NCBI RefSeq assembly: GCF_963921235.1
Contig: NC_086108.1
Location: 52,144,001 to 52,208,000, forward strand
Direction of reading: 5' to 3'
From: Mobula hypostoma
Lineage: Eukaryota
DNA: 64,000 nt
Below are positions 39,070 to 50,690 of this stretch, piece after piece. The notes beneath the pieces were generated by a model. That model searched no databases, had not been told where the DNA came from, and saw only the letters and a program-made list of their open reading frames with translations. A program made the position numbers and the translations under genes. The stretch's first letter is position 1, and each line of letters starts with the position of its first letter.

Positions 39070-40347
39070 GTAAGTGAATGGTTTGTGATGTACAGATATT
39101 CATATGCAAGAAGTATGTGTGCAACAAGAGTATTTGGAGGAAGTATAGCTTTTTTATAATTATATTTCAATGCATTATTTCATCTAGAATTGACCTGTTT
39201 TACCTTCAGTATTACAATCCTTTATTGAACGTAAATATCGTAGTATATTTTCAGGACTATTTGAAGCTTTGTTATCTGCTTACTGAAATGATTAAATTTC
39301 TTAATAAAGGTGTTAAGAACCTTGCAGCCAACCATACATAAATATACCCTTCTATTTCAGTACTTAAAAAAAACACGGTTTTAGAGTGTTCTGCTGTGTT
39401 AATTATTTAATAAGTTTTATAGCCAGAAATAACAAACTATGTCGAAGACTGTAACTAAATCAGTTGTAAGAAATGGCTGGGAGAATTGGGTATCGTGTCT
39501 TTAGAAAAATAAAGGGTTTTGCACATACATGGAACATTCCACTATCTTGGAGCAACCGTGTGGATTTTCTTGAGATGTACTTACCAAGAGGTAAAGGATG
39601 ATTTAATGTTTGATTGGAAATTCTGAATCTTTGGTGCAGTACTTCCTTAGTGTGCTATATGTACATACTATATCAGCCTAGATTTGTGCTAAAGCCTTGG
39701 AATGAAGTTTAAATCCTTAAACAGTTGACTCAAAGCCAAGTGTGTTTGCCAGTGAGGCTATGCTGAGAGTATTTGTTTTGAGTCCTGGTGAATTTTTTAA
39801 AAACTTGCATTTTAAGCTAAGGAAATGGAATTGAGTGGTCTTTGTATTAAGTAGTGGATTTTGGAGAGTCCCTTAAAATTTAGAATAACAATTTTTCTGC
39901 CCTACTGAGCACTTAGGAAGAATGTGTCAGCTGCATGTGAAAATGGATGTTTGATCCTAAATCAAGCATCCTGGATCCCACAAGATGGCTTTTGAAGTGA
40001 TTGATCATGTAGATATTGCTCATCATTTCAAAATAACTTGTAAAGAGAGGGGGAAAAAAGCAATCTGTTTGAAGTAGAAGGGATGTAAATTTTTCTCTTG
40101 ACTACAAAGTGAGGATGGATGAAAAGTAGAACTTATAAGAGCAATGCTCATTTAACAATATAATTTTAAGAAATTGTTTCAAAATTTGATTATTTGTAAA
40201 AACAAGAATTCCCTAAGTAGGTGGAGACCTGTTTTTGTTCTTGATTACAGAATATGTATTGGTTTATGGATAATGAAATTTAAAAATTGTATGTCCTTCA
40301 ACTGAGTTGCTAATTCCTCTCCTACTGTCCTCCCCTCGTATCTTCAG

Positions 40348-40527
40348 AGTCTGGATAGCCTTGTGAAAGAGAAAGACTTGGAGTTGGAGCAACTAGGTAC
40401 AGCATTCAAAAGCCTGCAATGGCAAAAGCAGGAGGTAGAAGAGAAGCTTGGCTTTTCCCTGAAAGAAAAAGATGCCATGAACAACCAGCTCCAGAGAGCA
40501 CTGCAGGATCACAATAAGGAGTTAGAG
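40348..40527 (+). CDS. PDE4DIP: Myomegalin exon 9 (SLDSLVKEK...NKELE)
   Basis: CTTCAG acceptor, GAG|GTAGGA, 180 nt. Confidence 0.92.
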
Positions 40528-40689
40528 GTAGGAAATCTGCAAGGGCCTTGCCGAGGAAAAGTCAGTTTGACAAAAATCCTGTTCATGGAGGTTCATAAAT
40601 TGGTAGGAAACAAAAAAGGGGTTGTACAATTTTGCAAATTTCAAACACTTTTCGTGTTCCTAAATATTATACATTAGAAAAATGCTATT

Positions 40690-41128
40690 TTCTTAAGACT
40701 GGAGTCGATGCTTCAGAGGTTTCCTGTGCACTGTCATCCATAGGAGAGTAGATCCTTCATGTGTCTTTAGTGACCAGACCACCTTTCAGTGTGAAGTTCA
40801 GAACTGTTCTCTTCCACTACCACCACCTTCATCTCCCACATTGCATAGATCACCTCAGTCATTTGATGTCTATAGATAAAGTAAGATAGTTCTTATGATC
40901 TATTTTTGTAAATATTCACCTCTCTCAACATGCTTCTTGGCATTACCATTTCTTTTGGGATAGTAACCACCTCACTTTTTAAAATATTTTTCACCGCTTT
41001 TATAATTTAACTATTTTATATATACTCACTGTAATTCAGTTTTTTTCTCTCTAATTATTGCATGGTACTGTTGCCTGAAAGACAAATTTCATGACATACG
41101 CCAGTAATATTAAATCTGATTCTGATCT
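40690..41128 (+). mobile_element. Rex1-like LINE 3' fragment
   Basis: Tail AATATTAAATCTGATTCTGATCTGA resembles the 3' end of 12235-13800. Confidence 0.5.
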
Positions 41129-41477
41129 GATTATAACAACTGCTCACTGATGTTTGTAGCATGGAGCTCAGGGGAGGGCCTTTGGGATTGGTAATTAATG
41201 TTTATGCATATTTGATGCAATAGGCTATTTTCAAATCAACCAGATAATAAACATGTGAAAATAACGTGCATGAAATATCACTGAACCTTGCTTACTTATG
41301 GCTAGTGAGGTAGATGAAACCTTTCCTTTGTGGCAATGCAGACATCCATCAAGCTACAGTATAGAGTATTGGTACACATTTTTAAGAATGATTCTCACAG
41401 GTGGGATCACTCAGGGTTGTGTCTCTAAGCAGGTCTTCCTCCAGTGCTACACTTTTGGTCTAAAATCTTGTTGACAG

Positions 41478-41672
41478 GTCCTGACTGCAACGTTGGTGAA
41501 CAAGGTTTGCGCTGGACCCAGTGAGGTGATGGAGCAGCTAAGGCTGCAACTGCAGCTAAAGGAGCAAATGCTGCAGGAGGTGTTCGCCGACAGGAGCAAG
41601 CTGGCCGCTGATCATGAGCAAGAAGTAACACAGTTGCTGCAGTCTATCAGCTCCCGTGAGCAGCAGATGAAG
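41478..41672 (+). CDS. PDE4DIP: Myomegalin exon 10 (VLTATLV...REQQMK)
   Basis: TGACAG acceptor, AAG|GTAATG, 195 nt. Confidence 0.88.
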
Positions 41673-41799
41673 GTAATGAACAACCTTTGATGCATTATTC
41701 CTGTGAGGCTAATTCACTAACAGCAGAAGATCTGTAGCATCTGATTTGCATGCATCACAATTTGGTAAGCTAGCATATTACCTCGGGTTCCATTGTTTT

Positions 41800-42195
41800 T
41801 CAGGAACAAATCAGGACTGTCTTCCTCGTTCTTTCCCCTCACCTCGTTCAATTTTGTTTGCATTTCCTAATTTTGATGGCTCTCTTGCCTCTTTTCTTCT
41901 GACCTGCCCTCGTGTCAGTCCATCACTTCCCTTGGTTCCCTACCTCCTTTGCTTTATTCCACTGTCCTCTCCTATCATGTTCCTTCTGTAGCCCTTTACC
42001 TCTTCCAGCTGTTATGTCCCAGCAATTTGCCTCTCCCCCCCCGCCCCCCCAGCATGTACTCTTTCCTCACCTCCCAGCTCCTTATTCTGGCTTCTGCCTC
42101 TTTTCTAGTCCTGTTGAAGAATCTTGGCCCAAAAACATCACCCATTTATTTCCCCCCATTGATTGTGTCTGACCTTTAACATTTTGTGTGTGTTT
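41800..42195 (+). mobile_element. Degraded Penelope-like 3' fragment
   Basis: Pyrimidine-rich tract followed by a decayed AGTCCTGTTGAAG..GGCCCAAAAAC hammerhead-like end. Confidence 0.5.
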
Positions 42196-42446
42196 TTGAA
42201 GCAACCTCATTGGATTTTTTTTTTTTTTTTTTGAAAGGTCATTCCAGCAAATAAGGTTAACCTGATCCACCAAGCAGAGTCTCACACAATGCAGCTGCCC
42301 TTCAGTACTGCAGTCAGTTTAGATTGAGTAGAATCATGTGGGGCTCAAACTTTCAGCAACAATGAACGCTGGCATGTGTGTGAAGTTTGATTTGCCATTG
42401 TCCTTACAAAATTTCATTTCCAGTATACTTCTCTTCAATTATTCAG

Positions 42447-42635
42447 GGTGCAGCAGAGAGGTTAACTCGTGCTCTTGCAGAGAAAAAGCATGAACTTCAA
42501 GCATTACGTCAGCACTTGGTGGAGAAGGATCGGGAAATAGCAAATTTAATCAAGCAGAATACTTCAGCAACAGAACTGCCAATGGAAATAGCCCACCTCA
42601 AAGAACAACTTACGGAAAAGAATCGGTTAATTGAA
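42447..42635 (+). CDS. PDE4DIP: Myomegalin exon 11 (GAAERLT...NRLIE)
   Basis: ATTCAG acceptor, GAA|GTAAGT, 189 nt. Confidence 0.9.
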
Positions 42636-42923
42636 GTAAGTTCTTAAAGTTTGATGTTGGCCAACAGCATGTTGAATTTGAAAACTCTGCTTAATAGAAT
42701 TCCTTTTCTCCATGTCTCATAGTCATAAAATATACAAATTTATGCCATTAAAAGCATAGAGTATGCCTGCATCATAAGGTAAGTGACCCAATACGAACCA
42801 TATTAACTGTAACTACAGAAATAAGTCTTTACAAGTTTTTTGTGTGTGTGTGATGTGGGCAAGGCCAATATCTATCTGCCTGTGAAGATGGTGTTGAGGC
42901 ACATACCGGAACTGTCACAATTT

Positions 42924-43040
42924 TGTTAAGTAGGGATTTCCATAATGTATACCCGGTGACAATGAAGAAACTACAATCCATCTGTTAATTAGGGATTTCC
43001 AAAATGTGTACCTGGTGACAATGAAGAAACTACAATCCAT
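42924..43040. repeat. Tandem duplication, 2 x 58 bp (period 59)
   Basis: TGTTAA(G/T)TAGGGATTTCC...GAAGAAACTACAATCCAT repeated with a few substitutions. Confidence 0.9.
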
Positions 43041-43784
43041 TTTGAAGTCAGAATACTGCATAGCTTGTTGGGCAACAGCAGATGGGGGATTTCATCTGGC
43101 ATACTTCCTTGTCCTTAACTAAGGATGGTTGAACCTAGGATGATGTCCTAGGGGCTATCTGTAACAAATTATTCCAACAGATATACCTTGCAGAGGGGTT
43201 GGTAGATTTGCCAACTGCCACATCCTCCAAACGAGCTACGACTGTTGGAATATTAACCCCTTCATGCCCATTGACTTCAGTTAGTTGGAGTGAGTCAGTA
43301 ACTTTTCAATGAAATGTGAACCAGCAGTACTCCTACTGTTGTTTGAGCCTTGGCCCCAGTGCCGTCCCTCATTACAGACAATAGAAGCCCTCATTGTGAA
43401 ATATTTGCATCCAGTTAGTTCATTTTTCAATTGCTGTCATAATATACAATTATTGATTAAAATAGCAGAAATGAAATATTCCTTGAGCTATTAAGGAAAT
43501 TTGTTTAGTAATATCAATCCTAAAGTCATGTGTTGTCTGTTTCACTAATGCTTTGCGTTGCACTGTTGGTGGGAGTTTAGAAAACGTTCTTTTGATGATC
43601 TTCATTCACAAAAGAAAAAGTATTGAAGCCTTGTTCCCATTTTACTTGTAATCCAACAATATCTACTATCCCTGTTTGGTGGAAATGTGGGAAGCATACG
43701 TATGGCTAGGGGGTAAAGAGAGGATTCAGTTTGGTTTTAACATCTAACTATTCCTGCACATACGAGAAAATAGAATCACACAAA

Positions 43785-44310
43785 CATAGAGCATACAAAT
43801 AGGCCCTTTCACCCTACCTCTTCATGCCGATCATGTTGCTTATCTATGTTAATTCTGTTTCCTCACAGGAGGCCCATAACAATCTGCTTTTCCTATTCGA
43901 GTACCTGTCCTGTCATTTTTTTAAACATTGTAATTGCATCTTCTTCCACTGCCTCCGTTTCAGATATTCATGTCCCTCTATGTAGAAAAACTTGCACCTT
44001 TGATTTCTGTTAAATTTCTCCCCTGTCACCTTAAAACTGTGCCCTCTAGTTCTGGACTTCCCTCTCTTGGGGAAAAGTTGTGATTCTCCCTATTGCATCT
44101 GTGCCCCTCGTAACTTTGTGAACCTCTGGGTCCACCTCTTGACCTTGAATGTTCCTGTGAGAATAAACCCAGCTTATCCAGTCCCTCACAACTACAGCCT
44201 CTTGTACAGGGAACATCCTGGTCAGTTTCTTCTGCGCTCACTCACTTCCCTCATGTACAGTGACCGCCATAACTGGAGACAATACTCTTAAGTGAGGTTG
44301 AGGCTGCAAC
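43785..44310 (-). mobile_element. Degraded CR1 3' fragment
   Basis: Minus-strand LDKLGLFSQE remnant and a CR1-type 3'UTR. Confidence 0.6.
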
Positions 44311-44698
44311 ATACCAACAATTACTATTTAGGCTGACTCAGAAAGACATGCAGGCTGGATTAGGTGCTGAAATCAAGTAAAATCAAAAAAAATCAGGTAA
44401 AAGTATCCATTGAAAATTAGTGATGCTTCCATAAAGGCTAATTAGGTTAAAACATGTTAAGCTTGTTCCATATGTGATATTTGTTGTAGGAATCTGCTGT
44501 ACAATCTTGAACAATGATAAGATGAATGTTGTTTGTGACACCAAAAATCTCACTACACTTCCCAAATGGTGTTATATTGGAAGTAAGATCCATATAGGAC
44601 AAAATTTTTAAAAATCAGAAGACCCCATTACACCATTATTCAAGGGATGGCAAATTTTTTAAACCACCTGATCTGAGCCTTTTCTTTGACCTGCTCAG

Positions 44699-44804
44699 GA
44701 ATTGGTGCAGGATGGTCACAGCAAGAATGAGCTCTCACCCCAGTCTGAGAAGATGGAAGCTTCTGAATCCATTGATGCCCAACAGAATACAAATGAAAGG
44801 GAAG
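44699..44804 (+). CDS. PDE4DIP: Myomegalin exon 12 (ELVQDGHS...NERE)
   Basis: CTGCTCAG acceptor after a pyrimidine tract, AAG|GTATGT donor; 106 nt, phase 0 to 1, required to put exon 13 in frame. Confidence 0.8.
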
Positions 44805-45041
44805 GTATGTAAAATTAAGCCACCATCTTCACTGAAAAGTCTCACTCAGATTTCCAGAATTTTGTTTGTTGTGTTTGTGTATTGACTGGTAGCAACATAC
44901 AAAGAAAATCCATACCAAGATTCTAGCTGAGTCCAAAATTCAGTTTGTGGAAATGGAAATTACATTAAAAGTAGTGGAATTAATGAAGCACAGTTCCCTG
45001 TGAGACTTCCATAAGCGACAAAAGTGGAAATATGGGAACTA

Positions 45042-46707
45042 AACACAAGGAAATCTGCAGATGCTGGAATATCAAGCAACACACATAAAAGTTGCTGGTG
45101 ACCGCAGTGGGCCAGGCAGCATCTCTAGGAAGAGGTATAGTCGACGTTTCAGGCCAAGACCCTTCGTCTGGACTAACTGTGAAAGAAGAGCTAGTAAGAG
45201 ATTTGAAAGTGGGAGGGGGAGGGGGAGATCCAAAATGATAGGAGAAGACAGGAGGGGGAGGGATGGAGCCAAGAGCTGGACAGGTGATTGGCAAAGGGGA
45301 TATGAGAGGATCATGGGACAGGAGGCCTGGGGAGAAAGAAAAGGGGGGGGGGAGAAGCCCAGAGGATGGGCAAGGGGTATAGTGAGAGGGACAGAGGGAG
45401 GAAATAAAAGAGAGAGAAAAAGAATGTGTGTATGTAAATAAATAACGGATGGGGTACGAGGGGGAGGTGGAGTATTAATGGAAGTTAGAGAAGTCGATGT
45501 TCATGCCATCAGGTTGGAGGCTACCCAGACGGAATATAAGGTGTTGTTCCTCCAACCTGAGTGTGGCTTCATCTTTACAGTAGAGGAGACCGTGGATAGA
45601 CATATCAGAATGGGAATGGGACATGGAATTAAAATGTGTGGCCACTGGAAGATCCTGCTTTCTTTGGCGGACAGAGCATAGGTGTTCAGCGAATCGATCT
45701 CCCAGTCTGCGCCGGGTCTCGCCAATGTATAGAAGGCCACATCGGGAGCACCGGACGCAGTATATCACCCCTGTCGACTCAGGTGAAGTGTCGCCTCACC
45801 CGGAAGGACTGTCTGGGGCCCTGAATGGTGGTAAGAGAGGAAGTGTAAGGGCATGTGTGGCACTTGTTCCGCTTACAAGGATAAGTGCCAGGAGGGGAGA
45901 TCAGTGGGGAGGGAATGGGGGGGGGGGATCGAATGGACAAGGGTCGCTTAGGGAGCGATCCCTGTGGAAAGCAGAGAGGGGCGGGGAGGGAAAGACGTGC
46001 TTAGTGGTGGGATCCTGTTGGAGGTGACGGAAGTTACGGAAAATTATATATTGGAGCCGGAGGCTCCTTCTGATGTGGCCTTCTGTATATTGGCGAGACC
46101 TGACGCAGACTGGGAGATCGTTTCACTGAACACCTACGCTCTGTCCGCCAGAGTAAGCAGGATCTTCCAGTGGCCACAGATTTTAATTCCATGTCCCATT
46201 CCCATTTTGATATGTCTATCCATGGCCTCCTCTACTGTAAAGATGAAACGACACTCAGGTTGGAGGAACAACACCTTATATTCCGTCTGGGTAGCCTCCA
46301 ACCTGATGGCATGAACATTGACTTCTCAAACTTCTGCTAACGCCCCTCCTACCCCATCTGTTACTTATTTATATACACACATTCTTTTTCTCTCTCTCCT
46401 TTTTCTCCCTCTGTCCATCTCGCTATACCCCTTGCCCATCCTCTGGTTTCCCCCCTCCCCCTTTTCTTTCTCCCTAGGCCTCCTGTCCCATGATCCTCTC
46501 ATACCCCTTTTGCTAATCAACTGTCCAGCTCTTAGCTCCATCCCTCCCCCTCCGGTCTTTTCCTATCATTTCGGATCTCCCCCTCCCCCCTCAAATCTCT
46601 TACTAGCTCTTCTTTCAGTTAGTCCTGATGAAGGGTCTCGGCCGGAAATGTTTACTGTACATCTTCCTAGAGATACTGCCTGGCCTGCTGCGTTCACCAG
46701 CAACTTT
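45042..46707. mobile_element. Penelope-like (GIY-YIG) element insertion with inverted fold-back structure
   Basis: 13-bp TSD AATATGGGAACTA (45029-45041, 46708-46720). GIY-YIG ORF 45475-45768(-) IYCVRCSRCGLLYIGETRRRLGDRFAEH; a second copy of the same 3' region on + at ~46070-46707. Confidence 0.92.
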
Positions 46708-47036
46708 AATATGGGAACTATCTCACTGGTGCAAGTAAGATCTGAGCTGCTTGGCTTTTTTGAGATTTGATTTATAAGATCTTGCACTTGCTGGCACATT
46801 GAGAAAAGTGTATACCAGATCAGGTGAACTAAAGGGCATTGTTTCTAGCATGGTGAGAGTACAATTACTGGAGGAAACTACAAGTATTAAAGTTTTCTCC
46901 AGCTCCCAGTATACAACCAGCTAGAACTGGTGTCATGTTGTATCACTCAGCTGTAAAACAACTTCCCTAATGCAGAAAGTAGGTGTAATGCTTCAGGAGA
47001 TTGATAGTGTACAGTAATAATTCTTTACTCTGTCAG

Positions 47037-47167
47037 AAGGTTTGCAGACAGCCTTGGATGAAGATGAAGCAATGGTTGAATCAGACCATGAAGACAGCAT
47101 GCGGACTGAGCTAGATCTAATGAAAGAGGAACTTCAGCTTGCCTTAAGAAAAGAGAAAGAGAGCAGG
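47037..47167 (+). CDS. PDE4DIP: Myomegalin exon 13 (..GLQTALDED...KEKESR)
   Basis: CAGAAG tandem acceptor, AGG|GTGAGT donor, phase 1 to 0. Confidence 0.88.
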
Positions 47168-47285
47168 GTGAGTTTTAAACTTGCTATTAATGGATAGGAC
47201 AGAATAGTCTGAATATAACCGTCATCTCCAGATTTGTGATTTAAAAATTTCATTAGTGTGTCACAGTTTCAGGTTTACTGAGGTA

Positions 47286-47807
47286 TACATTCAGTAGCCA
47301 GTATACTAGGTACACCTGGTGTGACTCCAAATAGCTTAATAGCTAATCATGTTGCAGCAACTTAACATGTAAAAGCATGCTGACATAGTCAGGAGATTCA
47401 GTTGTTGTTCAGACAAACATCAGAATGGAGAGAAATGTGATCTAAGTGACTTTGACCATAGAATGATTATTAGTGCCAGACAGGGTGGTTAGAGTATCTC
47501 AGAATCTGCTGATTTCCTGGGATTTTCATGCACAACAGTCTCAAGAATTTAGAGAGAATAGTACGGGAAAACAAAAACAAATCCAGTGAGCGTGAGTTCT
47601 GTGTGTAAAAATGCCTTGTTTATGAGAGAGGTCAGGAAAATGGTCAAACTGGTTCAAGCTGACAAGAAGGCAACAGTAACTCAAATAACCATGCATTACA
47701 ACAGAAGAGCATCTCTGAATGCACAACATGTCAAACCTTGAAGTGGATGGGCTACAGCAAAGAAAGCCATGAGCTTATACTCAATGATCACTTTATTAGG
47801 TACCTCC
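47286..47807 (+). mobile_element. Tc1/mariner non-autonomous element
   Basis: Homologous to 22751-23281. Confidence 0.85.
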
Positions 47808-48885
47808 TTTTTCCTCATATTCATTGAGTGTTTGTGATAGTGTAGGGGAATTTGAGAAGGGAATGCAAACGTTGCAGAAACATGTTGGAGAAGTAGGTTT
47901 TTGTTGTTATGGAGAGGGAAGCTACAGGTAATCTCAATGCTATCATGCAAGGACTGTGGAAATCATGAACTACTCCCACTAGAGCTGGCTATTCAGTAAT
48001 TTGGCAAAATGTGTGGCAGCATTCGATGAGACTCCAAAGTTTCTGTAATAAAGTGCTCAGCCAGCACTTGATTTTACTGTAACTGAAAGATGGTCAGTTT
48101 CATGAAGAAATTTAGGGGAAAATGTGGGGTTCACATGGGGAAAATAAAACTTCTTTAATTTAATTATCGGCGAGATGGAACTCACAGCACACAAGTTGAA
48201 GACTAAGGCAAAGTCTGACAGTTATTGAGATGAATGGACAGCTAAGATAACTAACAAAGAAATTCAGCTCAGGAAGTGAGGTTCCAGGCTGCCACAAAAC
48301 AATAAATTTCATGGCATTATCAGTGATAATAAAGCTGATTGTTTCCTTGAAACTTGGAAGTGACTAATTGTAAAGTTGCAGAAAAAAGGACCCCTTAAAA
48401 CAACAACTGGATAGAATAGATGAGCCTTGAATAAAGATCTTTGGGGGAAAAGTCACATAAGATATCACTGAATTCCTGACTAGCATATCCTGTAAAGCAC
48501 ATCAAACTCTTAAGTTCTTCAGTGTATTGAAATCAAGACTGAGTTAACCATAAGGAGCTATAATTTATCCTTTTCAAGACTTACAGAATCTCGTTAGACT
48601 TCAAGTCATAAATTTTTGATTTATTGTGGCTTTTATCCTGCTCTTTTTAATTCTGTCTCTTTGCAGCATTGGTGTGAATGGATCTGCTGCATGGATTTAT
48701 GACTATAACTTATAAGTTGAATTGAGTCATACATGTTGGCAATTTGCTGATGATTCTCTGTGTTATTGGGGAACATGCTTTGAGTTATTTTGAAAATGAT
48801 GCTCCATTAGATTGTTGAATGACTCTATTATGTAATTGATCTAAGGTTAAGTATCTAAATATGGGTTATATTTTTCTCTTTTCGG

Positions 48886-49002
48886 CTTGAACTGGCAATG
48901 CTGCAGTCTGCCCTTTTTGACCAGCAGCGAGAGCTCCAATGTCAGGCAGTGGAGATTGAAACACTCTCAAACAATATTCGTGACAAGGAAGAACACATTA
49001 TG
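48886..49002 (+). CDS. PDE4DIP: Myomegalin exon 14 (LELAMLQSAL...EEHIM); acceptor reads CGG, in-frame AG alternative start 48907
   Basis: Resembles recalled human MELSALQSMM..IKEDLIK; ATG|GTGAGT donor; pyrimidine tract ends TTCGG. Confidence 0.75.
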
Positions 49003-49369
49003 GTGAGTTTTAATTTAATCAGCAGTTGAATTGTTGTGGTTGTTTTGTTGTGATTTGAAGATCAGCTTGAAAGAAAAGTCTATATTTTCTGATTGGTGGG
49101 CTCTGTGGAGTTCCTGCTATGTGCTGAATTAGGGAAGGTTTTGTGTGTTCAATAGGATGTGGAACCAAAAGATCTTGCTGAATGATAGTCCAGGTAAATG
49201 AGAAATTTTAGAGCAACAGAGCAAGGTGTGACTTTTTATAATAATAACAAAATATTAATGTAAAAAAGATTGCATTATTGATTACAGATGTAAAAAAAAA
49301 CAGAATTGGTGTTGCTTTAGATTTGCCAGCTGAATGGTTTTGGTTCTTAATGATCTTGTTGCACTACAG

Positions 49370-49507
49370 GATCTGCAGAGGCAGCTGGAACAGCCAAGGG
49401 AATCTCCAGAGGTGGAAAAGCTTACACAAGAGCTCCTGAAATTGAAGGAGCAAGTGGCAACCATGAAATTATCTGCACAGAAAAGTGTAGGGAAAAAGTA
49501 TGATCAG
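49370..49507 (+). CDS. PDE4DIP: Myomegalin exon 15 (DLQRQLEQ...KKYDQ)
   Basis: CTACAG acceptor, CAG|GTGTGT, 138 nt. Confidence 0.88.
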
Positions 49508-50131
49508 GTGTGTAATTTTTCTCCTTTTCATAAGCGTGCATCAATCTAGTACTTACACATTTCAATCAAGTGAGGCTTAAGCATGCTGAACTCCAGCAAT
49601 TTATAAACCTTGTTGCAGTAAATAATAGTCCCCTTAGGTTATTTAAGTAGTAATTTGATCAGATCAAATTCATTAGTGAGTCAAGAGGTTGAAAGCAGTA
49701 AATAGTAAATGGATGGGATGACCTATGGGCTAACTGATTTGGGTAGCACAAGTACATTAAATTGTGATCCTATTAGAAAGACACAGGTAAATTTAAAATT
49801 CATTTATAAATTAGTAAGACTACTGTCCTAGTTTATTAATGGTACCATATGGAAAGAAGGTTGAAAAAAATTAGAGCAATGAAAAAAATAGAAAACATGA
49901 ATCGAATTGTGTTTAAGAAAGCTGCAGTTTTCAAAAGGTCAAAAAATGAGCTCAAATTAAATGATTGTGTTCTATTTCGAGCCAATGGGAATTGATTGTT
50001 TTTTTTTCTTCCTAAAAGTACTCCCCAATTTCTTCTCTACTGAAATCATTCACTTTTTTAATGCATACTCTGTGCATTAAATATCTTCTGGTAGCTGTGC
50101 CAATTGATTATCACTCATGTACTTCGAATGT

Positions 50132-50690
50132 ATGGGGTGTCAGGGACGGGTAGCACCTCTGGTGGGGGAACATGTTGCGTCCTTTTCAGGGCGGTTAGTC
50201 CACCTTTGGTCCCCACCTGGCACTCAGCTCTTACCTGTGGCTCCCCGTAGCTGTTTGCATGCGACAGCGGCCACACCCCGGGCAACGGCTTCGACAAGCT
50301 GGCTAAACCAGGTGAGGGTAGCCGACGGGTCTCAAACCCTCGGTGAGATAGGGAGTTGTCTATCCCAGCATGTGAAGACAAACTCCGACGGATTGAGCGG
50401 ACGAGATCCATGGAAGGTCCAACGGTCAAGAAGGCGGTCTCTGCAAGCATCATGGAACGTGTAGAGCAGGACAAGACAGAGAAGACATCCTGGTCATCCA
50501 CTGCGCCTAGTCCCATCTCCAGCCGTCTAGACTCTGTCTTGCCACTGGATCCAGATGGGAATTGGGAAGAGAGAGTGAGGCTGACGCTGCGCAACTCTCC
50601 CTCACTTAAATCCAAATGACGCGCTAGTCTCCACACCATGATAATGGTGTCGAGGTCCTCATCGACGTCAACAATGGACGAACAACAACA
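50132..50690 (+). mobile_element. Short non-autonomous non-LTR retroelement (RTE-like) with 5' ribozyme and (CAA)n tail
   Basis: 11-bp TSD ACTTCGAATGT/ACTTTGAATGT (50121-50131, 50691-50701); AACAACAACA tail; CpG-rich; no tRNA A/B boxes seen. Confidence 0.85.
50134..50318 (+). ncRNA. HDV-like (double pseudoknot) self-cleaving ribozyme
   Basis: P1 GGGGTGT(50134-40)/ACACCCC(50273-79); P2 50228-38/50307-18; P3 GGC/GCC; L3 starts TCCCCGT; P1.1 CC/GG; G-CAA; P4 CGGCTT-cgac-AAGCTG; J4/2 GCTAA with putative catalytic C50303. Confidence 0.82.

Noticed and set aside
41433..41477. Upstream alternative acceptor for exon 10
   Set aside because: Introduces an in-frame TGA.
50115..50639. ORFs of 87-174 aa within the ribozyme element
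   Set aside because: No RT or endonuclease motifs; open frames are expected in GC-rich sequence, and some cross the TSD boundary.
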